A program made the translations under genes and the position numbers. This document shows, one piece after another, positions 30,505-40,241 of a stretch of DNA of 64,000 bases. Under the pieces are notes generated by a model that was given only the letters and a program-made list of their open reading frames with translations, was not told the DNA's origin and searched no databases. Source of the stretch: an uncultured Lewinella sp. (GTDB taxonomy: Bacteria > Bacteroidota > Bacteroidia > Chitinophagales > Saprospiraceae). Position 1 is the first letter of the stretch; each line of letters begins with the position of its first letter. The stretch spans positions 4,904-68,903 of the forward strand of contig CAJXPD010000008.1 in assembly GCA_913057785.1 (NCBI GenBank), written 5' to 3'.

Positions 30505-32307
30505 ATGACCCTGCATGACAAGTCGATCGCCGTGCTGCCCTTCGTAAATATGAGCCCCGATGCGGATAATGAATACTTCAGCGATGGGATGACGGAAGAG
30601 ATCATAAACGCGCTCACGGCAATCAAGCATTTAAAAGTAACCGCTCGAACCTCTTCTTTTGCCTTCAAGGGGAGAGCCACCGATGTTCGATCTATTGGTA
30701 AACAATTGGGGGTGATTACGGTATTGGAAGGCAGTGTCCGGAAGGCTGGAAATCGAGTAAGGGTTACCGCTCAGCTCGTGCGTACCGATGACGGTTTTCA
30801 ACTGTGGTCTAGATCTTTTGATCGGGACCTAGAAGACATATTTGCGGTACAGGATGAGATTAGTCTTTCTATTGCTGATCAAATTCGAGAGAATTTCGGG
30901 CATCTTGAGTTCCAGGATCAGTTAATTCAGGTTCCTAATGTTAGCGTCTCTGTTTATGAACGCTATCTGGAAGGGCGTTCCTTTCTTCATCGGTTCAATA
31001 CCTTGGATGTCCAGCGCGGACTCTCCATCCTGGAAGAATTGACCCGAACTTCCCCTGATTTTGCTTTAGCAAAAGTAGGCGTTCAGTATGCCTATAACAT
31101 TATGGCTGCTGCTGGTCTTATGCCTGCCGGAGAATCCCTTGCCAAAGGGAAGCCTTTTCTGGATGAGGCCCTAGCCATCGATGAAAAACTCCCGGAATGT
31201 CATCATTCCCTAGGCTGGCATAGCCTCAATCAAGATTGGGACTTCATCCAGGCAGTGCATCACCTGAAGCGCGCCATTGAACTTCGTCCGGGATATGCCG
31301 ATGCGTATCAGAAACTGTTTATTACCCTAGCCTTGGAAGGTAAGTTAAAAGAAGCACACAAGCATATTGAGACGGCTTTGCAATTAGATCCATTAGCGCC
31401 GCTCAATAACTACTTCATTTCATATTCTTATTATCTAACCCAAGAATTTGAGCTATCTAATAAGCACTTTGAGTATACCTTCGAATTGGAACCCTCCTTC
31501 ATGGTCGGGTACTCGATTTATGGACTTTCTCTGGTGTTACAGGATCGTCCATCTTATTTGTTGGAGCGGGCGAAGGCTATTGCCCACATCGACGGTAGCG
31601 AAGTAGAGCAGCTAATTATGAGCACCTTGGCTTGGAGTAAAATAGGGGATGTGCAAGAAGCGGAAGTTGGAATTTCACAATTGGAGAGTCAGCTCAAGGG
31701 AGTAGGACGAGAACGAGTTCGATTCTTCCTGATCTATATAGAAAGTATTTTGGGGAGAGTGGATAAAGCACTTCATCATGTAGAACAAGGTGTGCAATTT
31801 CGTGAGCCTTTAATGACTTTGCTAAAGGTAGATCCACTGCTAAAAACGACAGCTTTAGTCGCAGAACGAAAGTATCAGGAATTGTTAAAGACGATCTATC
31901 TAAAATCCGATACGCAGGAAAGTACAATAGAAAATCAGGAGAGTGGACCTTTCACCCAAGCAGAGACCGTTCATTTTACCCAGCGATTAGAAAGACTAAT
32001 GCAGAACGATAAACCCTACCTCAACCCTTCCTTGTCACTTAGAATACTGGCCGAGGCACTGGAATTACATCCCAACAAGCTTTCCTGGCTCATTAATGAA
32101 AGCATTGGCCAAAATTTCAATACCTATGTAAACGCATTTCGACTCGACGCCTTTAAGACCTTGGCGCTGGACCCGGGAAACCGACATCTCACGCTGCTCG
32201 GATTAGCCTATGATAGTGGCTTCAACTCCAAAACGGTTTTTAATTCCTATTTTAAGAAGGTGGAAGGGATGACGCCGCGAGCATGGTTAAAGCAAAAGTT
32301 GCAGTAA
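30505..32307 (+). CDS. AraC-family transcriptional regulator with an N-terminal TolB-N-like module and TPR repeats
   Basis: 600 aa. The N-terminus SIAVLPFVNMSPDADNEYFSDGMTEEII.. is typical of the TolB-amino-terminal-like module. TPR-like middle. C-terminal AraC HTH (..FNTYVNAFRLDAFK..LAYDSGFNSKTVFNSYFKK..G.TP..). Confidence 0.7.
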   Translation: MTLHDKSIAVLPFVNMSPDADNEYFSDGMTEEIINALTAIKHLKVTARTSSFAFKGRATDVRSIGKQLGVITVLEGSVRKAGNRVRVTAQLVRTDDGFQLWSRSFDRDLEDIFAVQDEISLSIADQIRENFGHLEFQDQLIQVPNVSVSVYERYLEGRSFLHRFNTLDVQRGLSILEELTRTSPDFALAKVGVQYAYNIMAAAGLMPAGESLAKGKPFLDEALAIDEKLPECHHSLGWHSLNQDWDFIQAVHHLKRAIELRPGYADAYQKLFITLALEGKLKEAHKHIETALQLDPLAPLNNYFISYSYYLTQEFELSNKHFEYTFELEPSFMVGYSIYGLSLVLQDRPSYLLERAKAIAHIDGSEVEQLIMSTLAWSKIGDVQEAEVGISQLESQLKGVGRERVRFFLIYIESILGRVDKALHHVEQGVQFREPLMTLLKVDPLLKTTALVAERKYQELLKTIYLKSDTQESTIENQESGPFTQAETVHFTQRLERLMQNDKPYLNPSLSLRILAEALELHPNKLSWLINESIGQNFNTYVNAFRLDAFKTLALDPGNRHLTLLGLAYDSGFNSKTVFNSYFKKVEGMTPRAWLKQKLQ

Positions 32308-33426
32308 ATGATACCTGACGTGCAGATGATGGGTTTGGGTATTTGCCTATTCTCCATCTTTCTATTGTTAAGTCGAGAAAAAAAATCGGCCGGTGATCCA
32401 ATTAGTATAGCCATTCTTAGTCTGTGGTCACTCCGTTTTCTGCTGCTTTACTATAAAACACATCTTGATCTTACCCAGCATTCTTGGGTCATTGTGGCCG
32501 ATCAAAACCTATTCTTTTTAGATGGGGTTCTGCTGTACTGGTTGACTAAATCCATTAATGGAGAACCATTGACGATTTGGCGACGCCTCTTACATCTGCT
32601 TCCCTTCCTCCTAGCTGCGTATTCTTCTTTGTCCATTTACATTTCCCTTACTAATACTGATTTGGTAAAGCTATACGAGGATCTGAGCGAAGAATTGGCG
32701 ACTAAGACTTTTGAACCTCACTTTTGGGAGTGGGTTTTCATTGTGTCCTTGGTGGTCGTCAATCTGATTTTTCTGGGACTTGCCATCCGTAAAGCCAGGC
32801 AATACAACCAGGCTATTCTTGATCAGTTTTCAGATGTAAGTAAGATCAAGGCTCCTTGGTTGGAACCTGTATTGATCATCTGTATGCTTTTTTTGGTACT
32901 TCCCCTAGTGATCTATTTCACGAATTACCTTCGGCCTACCCTCGACGTCGGGTGGTTGGGCAAACTGCTCCTGTTCTTTTTCAGCTTAACTGCTGTCTTG
33001 TTTTCGGCTTACCTAGTGCGGCAATCTTTTGCACCGACACCTTTGGTGAAGACTCCGGAGAAACGCCAGATCAGTTCTGAACAAACAGAGAAGTTGCAAA
33101 ACTTATTTAGGCAATTAGAAACACATATGCACACCCAGCGCCCTTACCTCGAACCCGCCTTAACCTTAAATAAACTGGCAGAGCAGGTGGAGCTTAGTGC
33201 CAATCAACTTTCGCAAGTCATCAATACGCAAACGGGAGGCAATTTTCATGACTATATTAATCGGTTTCGCATAGCGGAAATCAAACAGGCTTTGACAGAA
33301 AGTGATGAACAGGTCATTGTACTAGCCTATACCCATGGCTTTAATTCTAAGTCAACCTTTAATGATGTTTTCAAGAGATTTACGGGAGTAACACCGACAC
33401 AATACCGGAAGCAAGGAAAAACCTGA
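32308..33426 (+). CDS. membrane-embedded AraC-family transcriptional regulator
   Basis: 372 aa, ~6 N-terminal TM helices, then an AraC HTH (..FHDYINRFRIAEIK..YTHGFNSKSTFNDVFKRFTGVTP..). The ATG abuts the upstream stop (TAAATG). Confidence 0.7.
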   Translation: MIPDVQMMGLGICLFSIFLLLSREKKSAGDPISIAILSLWSLRFLLLYYKTHLDLTQHSWVIVADQNLFFLDGVLLYWLTKSINGEPLTIWRRLLHLLPFLLAAYSSLSIYISLTNTDLVKLYEDLSEELATKTFEPHFWEWVFIVSLVVVNLIFLGLAIRKARQYNQAILDQFSDVSKIKAPWLEPVLIICMLFLVLPLVIYFTNYLRPTLDVGWLGKLLLFFFSLTAVLFSAYLVRQSFAPTPLVKTPEKRQISSEQTEKLQNLFRQLETHMHTQRPYLEPALTLNKLAEQVELSANQLSQVINTQTGGNFHDYINRFRIAEIKQALTESDEQVIVLAYTHGFNSKSTFNDVFKRFTGVTPTQYRKQGKT

Positions 33427-33433
33427 GAAATCC

Positions 33434-33455
33434 GTCCGAAAGTGTGGTTTCGGAC
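33434..33455 (+). terminator. hairpin after the AraC pair
   Basis: GTCCGAAA gtgtgg TTTCGGAC; weak T-tract. Confidence 0.35.
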
Positions 33456-33506
33456 TTCTGAGAGTGGAATTTGATACACTTTGGGTCTACACTAAAAAAT
33501 TGTATC

Positions 33507-34427
33507 ATGAATCGCTTTCGACTGTTATTATCTAGTTTATTCATTTTATTAGCCTATCGCGTTATGGAGCTTAATAGCCAATCTTCACGCTATCCCGTGC
33601 AACACTATAGCTTTACTTCCGATGCGCCAGTGAAGACTTCCTTTAAGCAGATTCGGGGCTTAATCTTCGTAGAGGTGGAGTTAAATGGAAAAGAAGCCTA
33701 TTTCATCTTGGACAGTGGTGCACCGGTAGTTGTTTTGAATAGTAAGTATTTCTCTAATGGTATGGAGGATGGCTCTGCGCAAGGAGTCTCCGGTAGTTTG
33801 CAACGTCAGCAGATCCACATTGATAGTTTTCGCTGGGGTAACATAGAATTAGCTGATACCGACTTGATGGGCTTGGATCTAAGCCATCTTGAGGAAGAAC
33901 TAGATCATCCCTTTAAGGGCTTGATCGGCTATGATCTTTTACAAGATTTTGAGCTGTTGATAGATTATGAGAAAGAGCAATTGCTGTTGTTTAAAGACGG
34001 GCAAACTGATTATCACCAAAAAATTCAGCCCCAATCAGAATTATCCTTTAGCTACCAATTGCACATCCCTGTACTAGAGGTAGAAATAGCTGGAGCGCAC
34101 TATGATTTGGGCTTGGATACAGGAGCGGAGCAGAATTTGCTTAGCCAGGCCGGTTTTGACCGATTACCTAAAGAGAGTTTTGAAGTACAAGAGCAAACAG
34201 AACTGCGAGGGGCTGATAAAAATGTAACGGAAGTACAGCGCTTTATCGTTCACGAAAGTAAGTTGAGTGGACAAAGCTTTGAGGCCATGTCTTTTGTTTC
34301 TGCAGATATCTCACATCTTACGGCTGGGTATGGCCTAAAGATAGAAGGGCTGGTTGGCTATCCGTTTCTAAGTCAACAGCTTTGTTCGATCGACTTTGCG
34401 GATAAAAAGATCTATTTCTGGGACTAA
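33507..34427 (+). CDS. secreted retropepsin-like aspartyl protease (two-lobed)
   Basis: Signal peptide MNRFRLLLSSLFILLAY. Two Asp motifs, ILDSGAP and GLDTGAE. The track start 33471 is TTG; trimmed to ATG 33507. Confidence 0.6.
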   Translation: MNRFRLLLSSLFILLAYRVMELNSQSSRYPVQHYSFTSDAPVKTSFKQIRGLIFVEVELNGKEAYFILDSGAPVVVLNSKYFSNGMEDGSAQGVSGSLQRQQIHIDSFRWGNIELADTDLMGLDLSHLEEELDHPFKGLIGYDLLQDFELLIDYEKEQLLLFKDGQTDYHQKIQPQSELSFSYQLHIPVLEVEIAGAHYDLGLDTGAEQNLLSQAGFDRLPKESFEVQEQTELRGADKNVTEVQRFIVHESKLSGQSFEAMSFVSADISHLTAGYGLKIEGLVGYPFLSQQLCSIDFADKKIYFWD

Positions 34428-34776
34428 ATGTAAATTTAATGTTAATTTTTTGTTACTTTATTGTAACCTAGTTAACATAAATTTCAGGTAGAGGATTGTT
34501 ATTCCACAATGTACAGAATTCTATTTGGTTGATGTTGCACTTAAACTCCGAGAATATAGTGTTTTGTACAGCAGCTCCAATAATTATTCTTCATTAGCTG
34601 AATATATGGTTAATATATTAATGTTTAATTTTTTATTCTGCTAAATAATGTAATGATATCCTTTTATTTTGTGGTTTATTGACAAAGAGTATGAAGGTTT
34701 GGCTGTTCAGAATGTTCAAGAATTTGTATTGATATTAATGTTAAACTTCCTCTGGTTAATATTGGGTAAACATTTG

Positions 34777-34796
34777 GTTTACATTTAGTTTACATT
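34777..34796 (+). promoter_or_regulatory. tandem direct repeat GTTTACATT-TA-GTTTACATT upstream of the TonB-dependent receptor
   Basis: Exact 9-mer repeated with an 11-nt period, immediately upstream of a TACCTTTG box (34804-34811). Confidence 0.35.
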
Positions 34797-34847
34797 ATCA
34801 ATCTACCTTTGCCTTGAAATTTAATGCATAATAAAAACGCTAGGTTT

Positions 34848-37800
34848 ATGAAGCTTAACAGTATTACTCGATTTTTCGGGACTGTGGTACTGCTAGTAGC
34901 ACTACAGATTACCGCCTTCGGACAAGGGGTTACAACCTCTTCGATTTTTGGTAAGGTAGTTGATCCTTCGGGGGAGCCATTAATTGGTGCTACAGTATTG
35001 GCGGTACATGGTCCATCCGGTACTAGCTATGGTAGTGCTACCAACTTGGAAGGATTCTATCGCATTCCCAATATGCGTGTTGGAGGTCCTTACAGGATTA
35101 CAGTATCATACACAGGTTTTGAAAGCCTTGTGAAGGATAATGTAACGCTTTCATTGGGACAAGCATTTCGTTTCAATCCAGCCCTACAGGAAACCGCTTA
35201 CACACTAGAGGGAGTAGTTGTATCTGCTGGAATTAATGATGTATTTGACGGAAGCCGTAATGGGCAGAAAACAATTGTTGATGCACGTACGATTTCTGAC
35301 GTGCCAACTATCTCTCGTGCTATTGCGGATTATGCGCGATTCAACCCATTGGCTTCGATTGGAGAAAATGGCGATGGTTTTACTGTGTCATTAGCTGGCC
35401 AGAATAATCGCTTTAATACGATCTACATAGACGGTGCCGTGAACAATGACGCTTTTGGTTTGGCTGGTTCTGGTACCAATGGTGGACAGACAGGTATTCA
35501 GCCTATCTCCATTGATGCCATTGAGCAATTCACCATTGCAGTTGCTCCTTTTGATGTTCGACAGTCTGGTTTTGCTGGTGGTTCTATCAACGCTGTAACC
35601 AAGTCTGGATCGAACGAATTTAAAGGATCAGCTTATTACCTTTTCCGTAACGAAAGCTTACAGGGGAATACCACTTTTGGAACGGAGCCTACGCCATTTA
35701 GTGCCCTTACCTATGGTATGACCTTAGGAGGTCCAATCAAAAAAGATAAGTTATTCTTTTTTGTTAATGCTGAAATTAAGGACGACGAAACGCCAAATCC
35801 TTTTGATTTTGCTGACTACGTTGGTACTGCTGGACCGTCCAAAATTACAGAAGTACGTAATGCCTTCCAGGAGCGCTATGGATATGATATTGGAACCTTT
35901 GACGCCAACACGGCTTACCTTCAAGGTTTGACTTTGCTAGGTAAGATCGACTGGAACATTAGTGACAAGCACAAACTAAGCTTACGTCACTCGTACGTAA
36001 ATGGTGAAAACCTAGAAGCTAGATCTTCAGACCGTAATGATATTCGTTTCCTAAACGGATCTGAGTTCTTCATTACTACGACAAACTCTACTGCTTTGGA
36101 GGTTAACTCCATCTTCAATGCTAACTTGGCCAACAAGTTTTCTATTGGTGCAACTTTCGTTAGAGATGATCGTGACCCATTGGGTACTCCATTCCCAACG
36201 GTGGAATTGTTTGATGATAATATCGACTGGCAAATTGGTGCTGAGCGTTTTTCCACAGCTAACCGCTTGGATCAGGACGTTATCACCATTACCAACGACT
36301 TGAGTGTTTACAAAGGTCGTCACTCTTTGGTATTTGGTGCTAACTTCGAATACTTTAGTGCTGCCAACCTGTTTATTCGTAACAACTATGGCCGCTACCA
36401 GTGGGAGGATGATGATGGGATGACGGGTATCGATCGTTTCCTAGCTGGAATGCCTGCTACTCGCTTTGAAAGAAGTTTCTCTCAAGTAGATAACGTAGCC
36501 GGTGATGAGTCTGCAGCAATTGGTGCTTTCGATCAGATGTTGTTTGGTATCTACATGCAAGATGAGTACCAGGCAAGTGATCGTCTAACCTTGACTGGAG
36601 GACTTCGTGTAGACTTCCCGATCTGGCCAACCGATCAGCCAATCAACGAAGAATTTAACAATACAACTATTCCAAATATTGAAGGCTTTGGCTATGATTT
36701 GCAAGGAGCTCGTACCGGTAGCTTCATCGGTGGTTCTGTAGCTTTTGCTCCTCGCTTCGGCTTCAACTGGGATGTGAATGGAAATAAGCAAACTCAAGTT
36801 CGTGGTGGTATTGGTCTCTTCACTAGCCGGATTCCTTTGGTATGGCCAGGTGGTGCCTATAACAACTACGGTTTCAACATTGGTGCAACTGGAGGTAGAG
36901 ATGTACCTTTCATTGCAGACGTGCAAAAACAGCCTGTTGGATTTGACGATGCTGGAAACCCAATTACTGCGGTTAATCTAGCTGATCCTATTCCTTCTGG
37001 CCAAATTGACCTTTTCGCTGAGGACTTCAAATTACCTCAGGTGTTGAAGATCAACGTGGCTGTGGATCAGAAGTTGCCTTGGGGATTGATTGGTTCTTTG
37101 GAAGGCCTATTCTCTCAGAATATCAACGCTCCTTACTACCAGAACCTAAACCTTAAGCCTTCTAACAGAACGCTAACCGGTAGCCCAGATAACAGACCTT
37201 TGTTCTTGGGTACGCAGTCAGCTTTCGGAGATGATGTGATTGAGCCTACGTACACTTATATCATGCTAGCTAGCAGTATCAACAAAGGATATACCTACAA
37301 CTTTGCTGCTACCTTGACTAAGCCATTCACTAATGGTTTCAGTGGTACTTTGTCTTACTCTTATAGTGATGCATACTCTGTATTGGACGGAACGTCTTCT
37401 CAGAATAACTCTCAATGGAGAGGATACCACAACGTAGGCGGACGTAACTTTGTAAGAGATGCACAACGTTCAACCTTTGCTGGTGGACACCGTGTCTTTG
37501 GACAATTTTCTTACCAGAAAGCCTACCAGATTGCTGGTAATTTCGGTGGTAAGTCCAAATTGTCTCTTAACTTCAATGCACAGACCGGAGGATTCTTCTC
37601 TTACGTAATTGGAGCTCGTAACTTCCGATTCATTGATGACGGTGGTTTTGACAACAACGAGTTGATCTACGTTCCTGAATCTCAATCTGATATTCCATTG
37701 GTAGATTTGGAGCATGACGGTAGAACGTATTCTCCTGCTGAGCAATGGGCTTTGCTAGACGCATTCATCGAAGATGATCCAGGACTAAGCAAGCGTAGAG

Positions 37801-38171
37801 GAGAGTACTCTCAGCGTAACGATGGTAGAGAGCCTTTCGAAGTGGGTATGGATCTTCGTTTTGTACAAGACTTCTATATCAAGACGGCATCAGGAAGAAC
37901 CAACACGCTACAGTTGACAGTTGATATCTTCAACTTCACCAACTTGTTGAACTCTGACTGGGGACGTGTTCGTTTTGCTGGTAGCTTCGGTAACTATGAT
38001 ATCTTGAACTTGGCTAACCGTACAGATGGTACTAGAGGAACTACTCCTGAGTACACTATCAACCGTGATTTGATCGACGGACTGAAGCCTTGGGAAGACA
38101 ACTTCGACAATGCTGGTTTGCGTTCTTCTATTTGGAACATGCAGATTGGTGTTCGTTACATTTTTGACTAA
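34848..38171 (+). CDS. TonB-dependent outer-membrane receptor with a carboxypeptidase-regulatory-like N-domain
   Basis: Signal peptide MKLNSITRFFGTVVLLVALQITAFGQG, then SIFGKVVDPSGEPLIGATV..EGFYRIPNMRVGGPYRITVSYTGFES, a plug and barrel, and C-terminal ..IGVRYIFD. ATG 34848 is preferred over 34824. Confidence 0.85.
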   Translation: MKLNSITRFFGTVVLLVALQITAFGQGVTTSSIFGKVVDPSGEPLIGATVLAVHGPSGTSYGSATNLEGFYRIPNMRVGGPYRITVSYTGFESLVKDNVTLSLGQAFRFNPALQETAYTLEGVVVSAGINDVFDGSRNGQKTIVDARTISDVPTISRAIADYARFNPLASIGENGDGFTVSLAGQNNRFNTIYIDGAVNNDAFGLAGSGTNGGQTGIQPISIDAIEQFTIAVAPFDVRQSGFAGGSINAVTKSGSNEFKGSAYYLFRNESLQGNTTFGTEPTPFSALTYGMTLGGPIKKDKLFFFVNAEIKDDETPNPFDFADYVGTAGPSKITEVRNAFQERYGYDIGTFDANTAYLQGLTLLGKIDWNISDKHKLSLRHSYVNGENLEARSSDRNDIRFLNGSEFFITTTNSTALEVNSIFNANLANKFSIGATFVRDDRDPLGTPFPTVELFDDNIDWQIGAERFSTANRLDQDVITITNDLSVYKGRHSLVFGANFEYFSAANLFIRNNYGRYQWEDDDGMTGIDRFLAGMPATRFERSFSQVDNVAGDESAAIGAFDQMLFGIYMQDEYQASDRLTLTGGLRVDFPIWPTDQPINEEFNNTTIPNIEGFGYDLQGARTGSFIGGSVAFAPRFGFNWDVNGNKQTQVRGGIGLFTSRIPLVWPGGAYNNYGFNIGATGGRDVPFIADVQKQPVGFDDAGNPITAVNLADPIPSGQIDLFAEDFKLPQVLKINVAVDQKLPWGLIGSLEGLFSQNINAPYYQNLNLKPSNRTLTGSPDNRPLFLGTQSAFGDDVIEPTYTYIMLASSINKGYTYNFAATLTKPFTNGFSGTLSYSYSDAYSVLDGTSSQNNSQWRGYHNVGGRNFVRDAQRSTFAGGHRVFGQFSYQKAYQIAGNFGGKSKLSLNFNAQTGGFFSYVIGARNFRFIDDGGFDNNELIYVPESQSDIPLVDLEHDGRTYSPAEQWALLDAFIEDDPGLSKRRGEYSQRNDGREPFEVGMDLRFVQDFYIKTASGRTNTLQLTVDIFNFTNLLNSDWGRVRFAGSFGNYDILNLANRTDGTRGTTPEYTINRDLIDGLKPWEDNFDNAGLRSSIWNMQIGVRYIFD

Positions 38172-38215
38172 TATTCTTACTGGCTAAGCCCAGTTAGTTA
38201 GAAATACAGCATGGG

Positions 38216-38250
38216 AGGCTGATCCATTAAGTTGGGTCAGCCTTCTTACA
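38216..38250 (+). terminator. terminator-like hairpin after the receptor gene
   Basis: AGGCTGATCC (38216-38225) pairs with GGGTCAGCCT (38234-38243) with one mismatch, then TCTTACATT. Confidence 0.45.
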
Positions 38251-38349
38251 TTGTAGACCCAATCTTGATCTAGAGGGAGATAGGATTATTTGAATGGCAT
38301 GCTTATTTTGCGTCTGCTTCAAACCAATGGGCAGTCAAAATCTATAAGT

Positions 38350-39495
38350 ATGTTGTCAAATACAGCTTGGGGAGAACTACAGCAGATTAGAAGATACATC
38401 CATGCCAGACCGGAATTATCTGGGCAAGAGAAGGCTACTGCGGAATATGTATGTCAGCAGTTGCAGCCCTTAGCGCCAGCAGCCTTTTGGCAAGAGCTTG
38501 GCGGTACTGGTGTCGTCGCAACCTTCGACAGCGGTAAAACAGGCCCGCATTTACTCTTTCGGGCTGAATTAGATGCACTACCCATTCAGGAAAGCAATAC
38601 CTTCGCTCACCGATCTATATTTCCTGGAGTTTCCCACAAATGTGGCCATGACGGACATACCACAGTGCTGTTGGGCTTAGCCAGATTACTTCACCAACAA
38701 CAAGACTGGAAAGGAAAGGTAAGCCTATTGTTTCAGCCTGCCGAAGAAACTGGAGCAGGTGCCTTAGCAATGCTAGAGGACCCAAGAATTCAAGGGATGC
38801 AAGTGGATGCCGCATACGCCTTCCATAACCTCCCCGGCTATCCTTTAGGGCAGATCGTGGTCAAGGCCGGAGCTTTCACGCCAGCCGTCCAGTCGATCCT
38901 CCTCAAGCTCCAAGGTCACACCGCTCACGCCGCCGAACCTGAGAATGGCCTCAACCCTGCACTCGCCCTGGCTGAGATTCTACGGCTCGCCAAATCCCTG
39001 GAAGTCCCCACACCTGAAGATCACGCCTTCCGCCTGTTGACGCCCGTCTATATGGAACTGGGAGAAAAAGCTTATGGCGTTTCGGCAGGAGAGGGCGAAG
39101 TGCACTTCACCTTACGTGCCTGGACTAAGGAAAGTATGGATGCACTAGTGAAGGCACTGTTGAGTGGGGTAGGGGTGATCTGTGATAGTCATCGATTGCA
39201 ATGGGAGCACAGTTGGACGGATAGTTTTCGAGCGAACTTTAATCAAGAAGTATTAGTAGAGAAGATTCGTGCTTCGGCGGAGGGGAATCAGTATGCTATT
39301 CATGAGATGGAACAGCCCTTGAAATGGGGAGAAGACTTCGGCGCTTTTACCGAGATCTTTCCTGCAGCCATGTTTGGTATTGGAGCGGGGGAGGAGCGTC
39401 CCGCTTTGCATCATGAGGACTACGACTTTCCAGATGAACTGACTGAAGTGGGCGTGAAGATGTTTTGGGGAATTATAAATCAATCCAATCCTTAA
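38350..39495 (+). CDS. M20-family amidohydrolase (hippurate hydrolase / N-acyl-amino-acid amidohydrolase-like)
   Basis: ..RRYIHARPELSGQE.., HKCGHDGH, LLFQPAEETGAGA. The track start 38290 is TTG; ATG 38350 is preferred. Confidence 0.8.
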   Translation: MLSNTAWGELQQIRRYIHARPELSGQEKATAEYVCQQLQPLAPAAFWQELGGTGVVATFDSGKTGPHLLFRAELDALPIQESNTFAHRSIFPGVSHKCGHDGHTTVLLGLARLLHQQQDWKGKVSLLFQPAEETGAGALAMLEDPRIQGMQVDAAYAFHNLPGYPLGQIVVKAGAFTPAVQSILLKLQGHTAHAAEPENGLNPALALAEILRLAKSLEVPTPEDHAFRLLTPVYMELGEKAYGVSAGEGEVHFTLRAWTKESMDALVKALLSGVGVICDSHRLQWEHSWTDSFRANFNQEVLVEKIRASAEGNQYAIHEMEQPLKWGEDFGAFTEIFPAAMFGIGAGEERPALHHEDYDFPDELTEVGVKMFWGIINQSNP

Positions 39496-40228
39496 AGGGC
39501 GTAAGCTTGGAACGACTCACCAGAAACTCCAAGTCGGTTGCCAGGTTCAATTCTAGTTTAAGTCGCTGATTGAAATAGGGGTGAATCTTTTGCACCGCAT
39601 TAATATTAACGATCTGATGGCGGCTGATCTGGAAGAATAGGGTCTCATCTAGGTTCTTCATCAAGCCCTCTACCGTATTATTATATAGATGTCTTTTCCC
39701 ATCAAAAGTATGAAGAAAGGTAATGCTGTTCTCAGAGTGAACGTAGGCGATATCACTTACTTCAATGAATTCAAAGTGGTTGCCTCGTTTGACCAGACAT
39801 CGGTGCTTCTTTTGTCTGTTGAGGGAGGAAAAAGCACTTTGGATTTGCTGTGAGTAGTTTATCTCATGGGCCACCTGTTGAGATTTGTACTTCTCAATGG
39901 CTTTTCGCAGGTCTTCAGGAATGATTGGCTTTAAAAGATAGTCGATGCTGTTGACCTTAAAGGCTTCAATGGCGTATTGGTCAAAGGCGGTAGTGAAGAT
40001 AATGGGAGATTGAACTTTTACGTAGTTGAAAATCTCAAAACACAGTCCGTCAGCAAGTTGAATATCCATGAAGATGATATCAGGATGGTCATTTTGATGC
40101 AGCCAGTTCACTGTGTCTTCAACACTATCTAAGTGGGCGAGTACAGTGGTTGCCGGATCTATTTTCTTGAGCGTAGAACGTAGATACTCATAGGCATTTA
40201 TTTCATCTTCAACGATTAAGATATTCAT
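39473..40228 (-). CDS. LytTR-family two-component response regulator
   Basis: MNILIVEDE.. receiver domain (..IIFMDIQL.D..) plus a C-terminal LytTR DNA-binding domain. Trimmed from track start 40291. Confidence 0.85.
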   Translation of the reverse strand: MNILIVEDEINAYEYLRSTLKKIDPATTVLAHLDSVEDTVNWLHQNDHPDIIFMDIQLADGLCFEIFNYVKVQSPIIFTTAFDQYAIEAFKVNSIDYLLKPIIPEDLRKAIEKYKSQQVAHEINYSQQIQSAFSSLNRQKKHRCLVKRGNHFEFIEVSDIAYVHSENSITFLHTFDGKRHLYNNTVEGLMKNLDETLFFQISRHQIVNINAVQKIHPYFNQRLKLELNLATDLEFLVSRSKLTPFKDWIDL

Positions 40229-40241
40229 TTGACGTTCAAGC

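Noticed and set aside
34428-34823. Possible CRISPR-like or minisatellite array in the AT-rich region
   Set aside because: The repeats are only 9-11 nt, irregularly spaced (about 110-180 nt apart or directly tandem) and of three different kinds. There is no regular repeat-spacer architecture and no cas genes in the window.
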